From Thiobacillaceae bacterium (GTDB lineage: Bacteria; Pseudomonadota; Gammaproteobacteria; Burkholderiales; Thiobacillaceae), in NCBI GenBank assembly GCA_035332045.1, contig DAOQNK010000005.1:1-49690 (forward strand): a DNA stretch of 49,690 bases, in the 5' to 3' direction. Of the stretch, positions 33,363 through 41,546 are shown one piece after another. Each line of letters begins with the position of its first letter. Positions within the stretch are counted from its first letter, which is position 1. The notes under the pieces are model-generated. The model ran no database searches and was not told the DNA's origin. It saw only the letters and a list, made by a program, of their open reading frames with translations. The position numbers and the translations under genes were made by a program.

Positions 33363-35162
33363 TCAGAGGCCCCGGTGGGCCAACCATTCCTCCAGGGTGA
33401 GCATCAACCAGATGGAGCGGCCGAAGTAGGTGGCGTGGCCGGTCATATGCTCGGACCGCACCAGGTCGATATAGGCCGGCTGGAGGATGCCCCGTCGGCG
33501 CAGGCTGGCCAGGCGGTCCTCGATGCGCTCCCGCAGCGGGGCGTAATCCCGGGCCCAGACGCCGAAGGGCAAGCCGAAGCCGTGCTTGCTCTTGTTGATG
33601 ATCTCGTCGGGCAGGAAGCCCGTCAGGGCCTTCTTGAAGAACCAGCGCAGGTACTGGCCCTTGACCTTCCAGTCGGGGGGCACCTCGCCGGAGAAGTCCA
33701 CCATGTCGTCATCCAGCAGGGGATAGCGGACTTCGATGCCGGCCGCCTCGGTCATGCCGCCCACCTTGCGCAGATCGTTGTCGGCCAGGGTGAATTTCAG
33801 GTCCAGGTGCAGCATGCGGTTGATGAAGGAATCCGAATCGGTCCGGTCGTAGACCTCCTTCAGCCATTCGGCGGGCTGGCCGGTCCTCACCGAGGCGAGG
33901 AATTCCGGCATGAACATCTCCGCCAGGGGCTGGCGGTAGATGTAGTTGTAGGACTCCATTCGCTCCGGCAGGGGAATGTTGGCCTGGCGGATGTAGCTTT
34001 GGGCCTTGCGCACCGGCGGCAGGGCCGACAGGCCGGGCAGGTTGGCCAGGGGTTCCAGCAGGCCCTTGCGCAATCCTTCGGGAATGAGCTGGTAGCGCTC
34101 GAAGACCTTCTGCTTGGCGTAACGCTCGTTGCCGCCGAAGATCTCGTCGCCGCCGTCCCCCGCCAGCATGGCACCGTAGCCGTCGGCCGCGGCCAGCCGG
34201 GCGCAGAAATAGGTGGGCACCGCCGATTCGTTGGCAAAGGGCTCGTCGTAGTGGCGCGCGATGAGGGGAATCGCCTCCAGGATGTCGGCCGGTTTCAGGT
34301 AGTACTCCCGCATGTCCAGGCCAAAGCGCCGGGCCGCGATGCGGGCATATTGAATCTCGTCGAAGCCGTTGGCGTCGAAGCCGATGGAGTAGGTCCTGGC
34401 CTGGCCGGACAGTTCCTTGAGCACGCCGCATACCGTGGAGCTGTCGGTGCCGCCGGACAGGAAGGCGGCCACCCGGCCTCCGTCCCGTGCCCGGTCCACC
34501 GACTCCCGCAGCAGGGCGTGGAAGCGTTCCGACTGGGAATCGAAGTCATCGCGGGGCTCGTCCCGATAGCGCAGGGCCCAATGGAAGCCCCGGCTGACGG
34601 TGCCGTCCTGCCACCAGGCCCATTGGCCGGGCAGGAGCTTTTCCACGCCCCGGAAAACGGCCCCGGGCGCGGGCACCTCGAAGAAATACAGATAGTTGAA
34701 GAGCCCTTGCGGATCCAGTCCGCGGCCCACCGCCGGGTGGGCCGCCACCATGTCCGCCTGGGTCGAAAACACGACGCCGGACGGGCCCGGCGCGAAGCAC
34801 AGCCGCTCGGCGCCGATCCGGTCGAGGGCGAGGAACACGCCCCGCTGGCGGCGATCGACGATGGCCAGGGCATAGTTGCCGCGCAGGTGCCGGGGCGTAT
34901 CCCGGCCGTGCCGGCGCCACAGTTCCAGCAGGGCGGCGGCCGAAACCGCGTCCTGGCGCTCCCCCGCCGGAAAGCGGGGGCGGCCGGCAACGACCGCGGC
35001 CAGTTCGCCCTCCACCGCCAGGCTGTGGCTGGCGGCCAGCCCCAGGCCGGAGTCGGCGTGGCTGTGGCCCGGGCGCGCCACGGCGCAGGTGGAAAGCATG
35101 GCGTCGAGGGTACGCGCGGCATCATCCGTGCCGTGCCCGTACCAGCCGGCGAGGCGGTGCAT
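33363..35162 (-). CDS. Asparagine-synthetase-B-family protein with a degenerate glutaminase N-terminus
   Basis: The PP-loop AFLSGGTDSS and AsnB synthetase blocks are intact (YDEPFANESAVPTYF, MLAGDGGDEIFGG, LRKV..MTEAAGIEVRYPLLD). The protein starts MHRLAGWYG instead of the MCG(I/L) nucleophile. Confidence 0.85.
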   Translation of the reverse strand: MHRLAGWYGHGTDDAARTLDAMLSTCAVARPGHSHADSGLGLAASHSLAVEGELAAVVAGRPRFPAGERQDAVSAAALLELWRRHGRDTPRHLRGNYALAIVDRRQRGVFLALDRIGAERLCFAPGPSGVVFSTQADMVAAHPAVGRGLDPQGLFNYLYFFEVPAPGAVFRGVEKLLPGQWAWWQDGTVSRGFHWALRYRDEPRDDFDSQSERFHALLRESVDRARDGGRVAAFLSGGTDSSTVCGVLKELSGQARTYSIGFDANGFDEIQYARIAARRFGLDMREYYLKPADILEAIPLIARHYDEPFANESAVPTYFCARLAAADGYGAMLAGDGGDEIFGGNERYAKQKVFERYQLIPEGLRKGLLEPLANLPGLSALPPVRKAQSYIRQANIPLPERMESYNYIYRQPLAEMFMPEFLASVRTGQPAEWLKEVYDRTDSDSFINRMLHLDLKFTLADNDLRKVGGMTEAAGIEVRYPLLDDDMVDFSGEVPPDWKVKGQYLRWFFKKALTGFLPDEIINKSKHGFGLPFGVWARDYAPLRERIEDRLASLRRRGILQPAYIDLVRSEHMTGHATYFGRSIWLMLTLEEWLAHRGL

Positions 35163-35179
35163 GGGGTGCTCCAGGAAGG

Positions 35180-35659
35180 TCAGGGTTTTGGAGGAAGCAG
35201 GGGGGTCTTGGGATAGCCCGCCACGTCCAGGATATTGTCCCAGGTGACGGACTCGAACCCTTTCACGTGGCTCTTGCCCACCCGGATGACCGGCACCTCG
35301 ACACTGCCGATCAGTTTTTTGAGTTCCACGGCGATCTCCACGTCCTTGGCCGGATCCCGGATGGTGAAGGGCACGCCCCGCTGGGTGAGATGGTCCCGGG
35401 CCTGGTCGCAGACCGGTCCGCAGTTGGTCGTATAGAGCACCACGGGGTTGGTCTCCCGGGCCAGCCGGGTTTCATAGGATTCCTTGTCCACTTCCACCAC
35501 GTTGCCCTTGCCCTGGACCTTCTGGGCGGGCTTGACGCTGCCCGGTGGAGGCTGGTCGGAATAGATCACCGCTCCCTTGGAATCCACCCAGCGATACACC
35601 TCGCCGGCATGGAGCATCGGGCTGGCGAGCAGCACGAATAGCAGAAGTCCCCTGGTCAT
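35180..35659 (-). CDS. Exported DUF4124 + glutaredoxin-fold protein
   Basis: A signal peptide (MTRGLLLFVLLASPMLHA) is followed by DUF4124-like EVYRWVDSKGAVIYSDQPP. The Grx-like part is VVLYTTNCGPVCDQARDHL..VPVIRVG. Confidence 0.75.
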   Translation of the reverse strand: MTRGLLLFVLLASPMLHAGEVYRWVDSKGAVIYSDQPPPGSVKPAQKVQGKGNVVEVDKESYETRLARETNPVVLYTTNCGPVCDQARDHLTQRGVPFTIRDPAKDVEIAVELKKLIGSVEVPVIRVGKSHVKGFESVTWDNILDVAGYPKTPLLPPKP

Positions 35660-35777
35660 GGTGGCTCTCCTCGTCGATGCCGGGAATTCTAGCAGCCCGC
35701 GTGCAAATGAATCGCAGCCTTTACCCTTGGTGGAGGCTGATTTTCACCTCCCCGCCGCCTTCACTCCGGTGCTGGAT

Positions 35778-37796
35778 TCAGGCCATGCCGTTGTGCCGCA
35801 AGAGCGCATCGATGGTGGGCTCCCGGCCGCGGAAGGCCTTGAAGGATTCGATGGCCGGCCGTGCCCCGCCCTGGGCCAGGATCTCGCTCCAGAAGCGGTG
35901 GCCGATGTCCGGGTTCAGGCCGCCGTTCTCCTCGAACAGGCTGTAGGCGTCCGCCGACAGCACCTCGGCCCACTTGTAGCTGTAGTAGCCCGCCGCGTAG
36001 CCCCCGGCGAAGATGTGGGAGAAGTTGTTGGGGAAGCGGTTGTATTCCGGCGGCCGCACCACCGCCACCCGGGCACGGATGTCCCGCAGCAGGTCCAGGG
36101 CGGTCTTGCCGGACGGCAGGTCGTGATGGAGATGCATGTCGAACAGGGCGAACTCGATCTGGCGCACGGTCTGCATGCCGGCCTGGAAGTTCTTGGCCGC
36201 CAGCATCTTGTCGAACAGGTCCTTGGGCAGCGGCGCGCCGGTGTCCACGTGGCCGGTCATGTGCTTCACCACGTCCCATTCCCAGCAGAAGTTCTCCATG
36301 AACTGGGAGGGCAGTTCGACGGCATCCCATTCCACGCCATTGATGCCGGACACGCCCAGGTCCTCCACCTTGGTGAGGAGATGGTGCAGGCCGTGGCCGA
36401 ACTCATGGAACAGTGTGATGACATCGTCGTGGGTGAGCAGGGCGGGCTTGCCGCCCACGGGTCGGGCGAAGTTGCAGTTGAGATAGGCCACCGGAGTCTG
36501 GATGCCATCGCCCTTGCGCTTGCGGGTGATGGCGTCGTCCATCCAGGCGCCGCCACGCTTGGTGTCCCGGGCATAGAGGTCCAGGTAGAACTGGCCGATC
36601 AATTGGCCTGCCCGGTCCTTGATCGCATAGAACTTCACGTCCTCGTGCCAGACCGGCGCGCTGTCCTCGCGAATCTCCAGGCCATACAGGGTTTCGATGA
36701 CCCGGAACAATCCGGCCAGGGTCTTGGGTTCGGTGAAGTACTGCTTCACCTCGTTTTCCGAGAAGGCATAGCGGGCTTCCCGCAGCTTCTCGCTGGCATA
36801 GGCCACGTCCCAGGCCTGAAGGTCGGGGAGGCCCAGCTCGGCGGCGGCGTATTCCCGCAACTCCACCATGTCCCGTTCCGCGTAGGGCTTGGCCCGGACG
36901 GCCAGATTGTCGAGGAAGTCCAGTACCTCTGCCGGGGTTTCCGCCATCTTGGGTTCCAGGGAAACCTGGGCGTAGGACGCGAAGCCCAGAAGCTTCGCCG
37001 CCTCGGCGCGCAACGCCAGGATGCGGGCGATGAGGGACGTGTTGTCCAGGTTTTCCGGCCCGAACTCCGAGGCCCGGGTGGTGTAGGCCCGGTACATCTC
37101 CTCCCGCAGGGCCCGGTTCTCGCAGAACTGCATCACGGGCAGGAAGGAGGGGGCCTGGAGATTGAGCTTCCAGCCGGCCTGGCCATCCGCTTCGGCCATT
37201 TCCCTGAACATGGCCTTGGCGTCGTCGGGCAGACCCGCCAGCTCGGCCTCGTCGACGATGAACTTGCTCCAGGCGTTGGTGGCGTCCAGCAGGTTCTCCT
37301 CGAACTTGGCGGAAAGCTTGGACAGCTCCTCCTGGATGGCCATGAAGCGGGGCTTGTCCGCGTCGGGCAACTCGGCGCCGCCCAGGCGGAAGTCGCGCAG
37401 CTCGTTGTCCACGATCTTGCGCCGGGCCGGGCTCAACGCCGCGTACTCGTCGGCGGCGGCCAGGGCCTTGTACTTGAGGAACAGGCCTTCGTGCTGGCCC
37501 AGTTCGGCGTAGTACTGGGTGATCTTGGGCAGGTTGGCGTTGTAGGCCTCCCGCAGTTCCGGGCTGTCCAGCACCGAGTGCAGATGGGAAACCTGGCCCC
37601 AGGCCCGGGACAGCCGTTCGTTGGCGTCCTCCAGGGGCTGGACGAAGGCCGCCCAGGTGGGCCGGGTGGCGGGACCGCAAAGGGTGTCCACCAGAGCGCG
37701 GTTCTCGGCCAGCAACTGCTCCACCGCCGGGGTGACGTGTTCGGGTTGGACTTCGCTGTAGCGGGGCAGGCCGGAAAAATCGAGCAGAGGATTCAT
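35778..37796 (-). CDS. prlC: Oligopeptidase A (M3 family zinc metallopeptidase)
   Basis: 672 aa from the ATG at 37796. The Zn motif is LFHEFGHGLHHLL, with a long M3 architecture. Confidence 0.92.
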   Translation of the reverse strand: MNPLLDFSGLPRYSEVQPEHVTPAVEQLLAENRALVDTLCGPATRPTWAAFVQPLEDANERLSRAWGQVSHLHSVLDSPELREAYNANLPKITQYYAELGQHEGLFLKYKALAAADEYAALSPARRKIVDNELRDFRLGGAELPDADKPRFMAIQEELSKLSAKFEENLLDATNAWSKFIVDEAELAGLPDDAKAMFREMAEADGQAGWKLNLQAPSFLPVMQFCENRALREEMYRAYTTRASEFGPENLDNTSLIARILALRAEAAKLLGFASYAQVSLEPKMAETPAEVLDFLDNLAVRAKPYAERDMVELREYAAAELGLPDLQAWDVAYASEKLREARYAFSENEVKQYFTEPKTLAGLFRVIETLYGLEIREDSAPVWHEDVKFYAIKDRAGQLIGQFYLDLYARDTKRGGAWMDDAITRKRKGDGIQTPVAYLNCNFARPVGGKPALLTHDDVITLFHEFGHGLHHLLTKVEDLGVSGINGVEWDAVELPSQFMENFCWEWDVVKHMTGHVDTGAPLPKDLFDKMLAAKNFQAGMQTVRQIEFALFDMHLHHDLPSGKTALDLLRDIRARVAVVRPPEYNRFPNNFSHIFAGGYAAGYYSYKWAEVLSADAYSLFEENGGLNPDIGHRFWSEILAQGGARPAIESFKAFRGREPTIDALLRHNGMA

Positions 37797-37889
37797 GGTG
37801 GGGCGGAAATTAGAGTGAGTAAGGAGTATCGGAGCAATGACGTGTATTTCAAGGCATAGTTTCAAGCATTGCCATCGCGATTATCGATC

Positions 37890-38417
37890 ATGGCCATCGA
37901 ACGTTACCGAGAACAGCTTCCCCGCCTGTGCCAGGAGGTCTATGTCCATCCCTCCGCCACCGTCATCGGCGACGTGGAACTGGGGGACCAGGTTTCCGTC
38001 TGGCCCGGCGTGGTCATCCGGGGCGACGTGAGCCACATCCGCATCGGCCCCCGCAGCAACATCCAGGACGGCTCCATCCTGCACGTGAGCCGCCCCAGCG
38101 AGCGCAACCCGGGCGGCGCGCCCCTCCTCCTTGGCCACGACGTTACCGTGGGCCACGCGGTGGTCCTGCATGGCTGCGAGATCGGTGACGAATGCCTCAT
38201 CGGCATGGGCGCCCTGGTCATGGACCGGGCGGTGCTGGAACCCCGGGTGCTGCTGGGGGCGGGGAGTCTGGTGCCGGAAGGCCGGGTGCTGCAATCCGGC
38301 TGGCTTTATCTGGGTCGACCCGCCAAGCCCTTGCGGCCGCTGACGCCGGAGGAACTGGCCCATTTCGCCCGGCAAGCCGAGAACTACGTCAGGCTGGCGG
38401 CGGAATACCGGGGCTAA
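37890..38417 (+). CDS. Gamma-class carbonic-anhydrase-like / hexapeptide-repeat protein (YrdA/PaaY-like)
   Basis: Left-handed beta-helix repeats (VIGDVELGDQVSVWPGVVIRGDV..IRIGPRSNIQDGSILH..) with conserved His residues. The ATG at 37890 is preferred over the TTG at 37869. Confidence 0.85.
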   Translation: MAIERYREQLPRLCQEVYVHPSATVIGDVELGDQVSVWPGVVIRGDVSHIRIGPRSNIQDGSILHVSRPSERNPGGAPLLLGHDVTVGHAVVLHGCEIGDECLIGMGALVMDRAVLEPRVLLGAGSLVPEGRVLQSGWLYLGRPAKPLRPLTPEELAHFARQAENYVRLAAEYRG

Positions 38418-39163
38418 TGCCCCCGCTCCAGCCGCTTGGTATGCCGGTTCAGGCTGCCGGTGAGCTCGGAAATGATCTCTCCGGCGGCATGGATGATCTG
38501 GTTGGGCGTAAAGCCGCAATGGCGCATTTCCTTGTAGAAGCCCTTGGCCAGCATTTTCGCCACCTTGTCGGGATCGTGGGCGGACAGGGAGGTGACGGTG
38601 TAGGCGCTCGCTGGACCGGCCAAGGTCAGGGCCATCTGGGCAAACCGTGAGTCCAGCATGCGTGCCAGGCGGCCTATCTGGATGGCGCGAGCCACCAGCG
38701 CCGCAGCCAGTTCCGCCGTGTCCTGGTCGTCCTGACTGAAACTCTTCCGGACCTGGGGGAGGCTGATGTTCAGGACACCCGCCGGCTTGGCCGCCAGGAA
38801 TACCGGACAGGCGATGAATCCGCCTTCCTCGGCCCCGCGGCGCGCCATCGCGCTCCAAGGCGTGTTCCCGAGGCGGCCTACCCGCAGGCTCACACCGCTT
38901 TTCAGGACATGGCCGGCGATACCCTGACCGGGCGCTGGCTCTTCTTTCCAGGCTACTTCGGGGAGCTCGCCATAGAGCGAGGCCAACTTGAGCCGGGCGC
39001 CCTTGCCATGGTCGGAATCCAGCAGCATGAGGGAAACCCGGCCGGCCTCCATGAGCTCTCCCACCAGGCTCGTGAGGCGGTAGAGGTCATCCTCGAAGCC
39101 GCCGCAGGCTTCGAATTCCGCGAGTTCCTTGAGCTTGGCCTGACGTGTAAGACGAAGTGCCAC
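38414..39163 (-). CDS. GAF-domain protein with an uncharacterised C-terminal helical region
   Basis: The GAF-like core is RVSLMLLD..GQGIAGHVLKSG.SLRVG..GFIACPVFLAAKPAGVLNISL. I chose the GTG at 39163, which has GGAGG 6 nt upstream. The track start is the TTG at 39181. Confidence 0.6.
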   Translation of the reverse strand: MALRLTRQAKLKELAEFEACGGFEDDLYRLTSLVGELMEAGRVSLMLLDSDHGKGARLKLASLYGELPEVAWKEEPAPGQGIAGHVLKSGVSLRVGRLGNTPWSAMARRGAEEGGFIACPVFLAAKPAGVLNISLPQVRKSFSQDDQDTAELAAALVARAIQIGRLARMLDSRFAQMALTLAGPASAYTVTSLSAHDPDKVAKMLAKGFYKEMRHCGFTPNQIIHAAGEIISELTGSLNRHTKRLERGH

Positions 39164-39169
39164 CGTAAT

Positions 39170-39193
39170 CCTCCCCCGCAAAGCAGGGGGAGG
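39170..39193 (-). promoter_or_regulatory. GC-rich hairpin between the PEP-CTERM gene and the GAF gene, containing the GAF gene's Shine-Dalgarno
   Basis: The minus strand reads CCTCCCCC-TGCTTTGC-GGGGGAGG, an 8-bp perfect stem. The 3' arm GGGGGAGG is the only SD for the GTG at 39163. Confidence 0.5.
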
Positions 39194-39244
39194 ATATGCC
39201 AGGGTGAGAGGGACCGCTACGGGGATTCCAACCAGTCCGGCGAC

Positions 39245-40324
39245 TTAGACGTTCCGGCGACGGCGGGCCGCCAGGCTCAGAAGCCCCAGGCCGGCCAGCA
39301 TGAGGGCATAGGTCTCAGGCTCGGGCACGGCGGCCACGTTGAGGTTCACCGCGCCGTTCTGGGCGCCAAGATAGGTGCCGATCTCGCTGTCCAGGGGATT
39401 GGAATCGCTGCTGACCAGGGCCTCGTGGGTCTCGGAATCGTATTCGCCGGCATAGGCATAAAACTCGTAGCGACGCAGGATGGAGGCGGCGTTGGGGCCA
39501 ACGGGCACGCCATAGCCGCTTTCCAGCTGGCCGGCCAGGGGGTTGCCCGGGTCGGTCTGCAACAGCTGCCATTCGATCTCGGTCACCGCCTGCTCCACCT
39601 TGGGGTTGCCGCCCACCAGTTCTTCCAGCTTGATGGGGTCTTCCAGTTCGGTGGTGAATACCTTGACCCAGATGGCATCGCCGAACTGGCTTTCCACCTC
39701 GGGCGCGGGGGCCTGGATCTGGGCCACCACCACCGGCGGCGCCCCGACCACGGGCGAGGGCGTCACGGTCCAGCTGGGCGCCGGCAGGGCCACCAATCCA
39801 TTGGTGAGCTGGCCCGGCGTGCCCGTCTCCAGCAGCCAGCTGTAGGTGGTCTTTGTAGCATTGGCGCTGGTCCCGACGCCGAAGTGGTCGCAAGGCGTGC
39901 TGGCGCTGTAGCCCAAGCCACCGCCCGACCAGCAGTTGTCGCCCGGCGTGATGAAGGTGCCGCTGGGGGTGCCGAAGGCCCAGGATTGCGTGGCGTTATC
40001 GAATGCGCTGATATAGGTCACCTTGGTGCCGAAGGTGGTGCCGTTGTTGTATTCGGTCAGGATGGGGGAGCCATAGCGTTCGACGCTGGTGGCCGGGTCG
40101 AAGCCGGTGCCCGTGGGGAAACCCCGGCCAGGACCACCGAAGGTGTCGGTGATGTCGGTGATGTGCAGGCCTTCCAGCTCGATCTCGAAACCGTGGGCAA
40201 CGGACCCCGTATCGTTGATCACATCGAAGTTGCCGAGGATGCCGATGACCTGGGCGGAAGCATGCTGGGCCGCGAAAGCCAGAGTCGCGGCGAGAGCGAG
40301 CTGGGAAAGTTTGGGCGTTTTCAT
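39245..40324 (-). CDS. PEP-CTERM-anchored secreted protein, unrecognised mature domain
   Basis: The signal peptide is MKTPKLSQLALAATLAFAAQHASA. The C-terminus VPEPETYALMLAGLGLLSLAARRRRNV has a PEP motif, a TM helix and an Arg cluster. Confidence 0.85.
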   Translation of the reverse strand: MKTPKLSQLALAATLAFAAQHASAQVIGILGNFDVINDTGSVAHGFEIELEGLHITDITDTFGGPGRGFPTGTGFDPATSVERYGSPILTEYNNGTTFGTKVTYISAFDNATQSWAFGTPSGTFITPGDNCWSGGGLGYSASTPCDHFGVGTSANATKTTYSWLLETGTPGQLTNGLVALPAPSWTVTPSPVVGAPPVVVAQIQAPAPEVESQFGDAIWVKVFTTELEDPIKLEELVGGNPKVEQAVTEIEWQLLQTDPGNPLAGQLESGYGVPVGPNAASILRRYEFYAYAGEYDSETHEALVSSDSNPLDSEIGTYLGAQNGAVNLNVAAVPEPETYALMLAGLGLLSLAARRRRNV

Positions 40325-40354
40325 GGGGGGGCCTTTTGTGTGCTGCGGGGAATA

Positions 40355-40375
40355 TTGTGTACATATTTTACACAA
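40355..40375. promoter_or_regulatory. AT-rich perfect palindrome upstream of the PEP-CTERM gene
   Basis: TTGTGTA-N7-TACACAA lies 31-51 bp upstream of the ATG, inside the only AT-rich patch of this neighbourhood. Confidence 0.3.
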
Positions 40376-40417
40376 AAATTCCCTCCTAGCAACCCCGGCA
40401 TTCCCCCCGGAGGGGGC

Positions 40418-41275
40418 TCAGTTGAGGGCGGAGGCAAGCTTGCGCCGGTAGGCGGCCACCAGCTCTCCCTGTCCTCCGAGCATGTTGAACACCGCCAGCA
40501 TGGTCTTGCGCGGCGCCTCATCGTTCCAGGACCGGTCGGTGCCCACCATCGTCAGGAGTTCGTCCAGCCCCTCCTGGTGGCGGCCGGCGGCCACCAGGAG
40601 GTTGGCCAGATTCATGCGGGCTTCCATGTCCTTGGGATCGGCCGCGATGCGCCGCCGCAACCCCTCCTCGTCGCCACCATGCTGGCCGCCCAGGGCGAAC
40701 GTCAGCCTGGCAAGCACACGCTGAACCCGGTCGTCCATGCGGGTGTTGGCGGAGAGGCTGTCCAGCAAACGCTTGGCTTCCTCCGCCTGATTCAGGTCCA
40801 GCAGAATGTCGGCCGCGTCGAGGCGTACCCATTCATTTCCCGCATCCAGCTTCGAGGCTTCGGCGAGCAGTTGCAGGGCCTTGGCCGCATCGCCCGCTTC
40901 CCGGGCCAGGCCCGCCTGGACCCGCAGCTCTTCCGCCGGCGAGGGGATGATCCGGTCCAGGAAGGCCCTGAGCTGAGCCTCGGGTATCGCGCCGGAAAAC
41001 TCCTCGACGATCTCGCCGTTGTAGACCGCCTTGACGCTGGGAATACCGCGCACCCCGAACTGGGCCGCCAGTTCCTGGTTATGGTCGGCATTGATCTTCG
41101 CCAGGATGAACTTGCCCTGGTACTCCTCCGCCAGCTTTTCCAGAAGGGGTTTGAGCGTTTTGCAGGGGCCGCACCACTCGGCCCAGAAATCCATGACCAC
41201 CGGGGTATGTTTGGAATTCTCGAAGACGATCTGCTCGAAGTTGCTGGCGTCGATGTCGAAAGCGTGGGCGGTCAT
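40418..41275 (-). CDS. Thioredoxin-domain protein with a TPR-like C-terminal domain (YbbN/CnoX architecture)
   Basis: The active site VVMDFWAEWCGPCK is intact, and the C-terminal half is helical-repeat. Confidence 0.85.
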   Translation of the reverse strand: MTAHAFDIDASNFEQIVFENSKHTPVVMDFWAEWCGPCKTLKPLLEKLAEEYQGKFILAKINADHNQELAAQFGVRGIPSVKAVYNGEIVEEFSGAIPEAQLRAFLDRIIPSPAEELRVQAGLAREAGDAAKALQLLAEASKLDAGNEWVRLDAADILLDLNQAEEAKRLLDSLSANTRMDDRVQRVLARLTFALGGQHGGDEEGLRRRIAADPKDMEARMNLANLLVAAGRHQEGLDELLTMVGTDRSWNDEAPRKTMLAVFNMLGGQGELVAAYRRKLASALN

Positions 41276-41434
41276 GGGAGGCGCGGATTCGGGAAAAGGA
41301 AAATATCTCCGGCTTGCACGTCCAAGTAAAGCCTCTTACCGGGAAAAGCTGACTGGATACCGAGGGCCCATACGGACCGAAGCTCCGGGGCATTCAACCC
41401 GATTGGGTGGGGTATATCCCCCGTTTCCCCAGGC

Positions 41435-41457
41435 ATTACCCGGGAATACAGGGTAAT
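41435..41457. promoter_or_regulatory. Inverted repeat upstream of the sigma-54-like promoter
   Basis: ATTACCC-N9-GGGTAAT, with its 3' end 27 bp upstream of the -24 element. Confidence 0.3.
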
Positions 41458-41483
41458 CCCCCCCAAATTCGGGGCTTTGGAAC

Positions 41484-41498
41484 TGGCATGCCGCTTGC
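41484..41498 (+). promoter_or_regulatory. Candidate sigma-54 (-24/-12) promoter
   Basis: TGGCATGCCGCTTGC compares with the consensus TGGCAC-N5-TTGC with correct GG/GC spacing. It ends 48 bp upstream of the ATG at 41547. Confidence 0.6.
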
Positions 41499-41546
41499 GC
41501 AGAGGTCCGGGCAGTTCCCACCTTCACATACGCTTTGGAGAGCACC

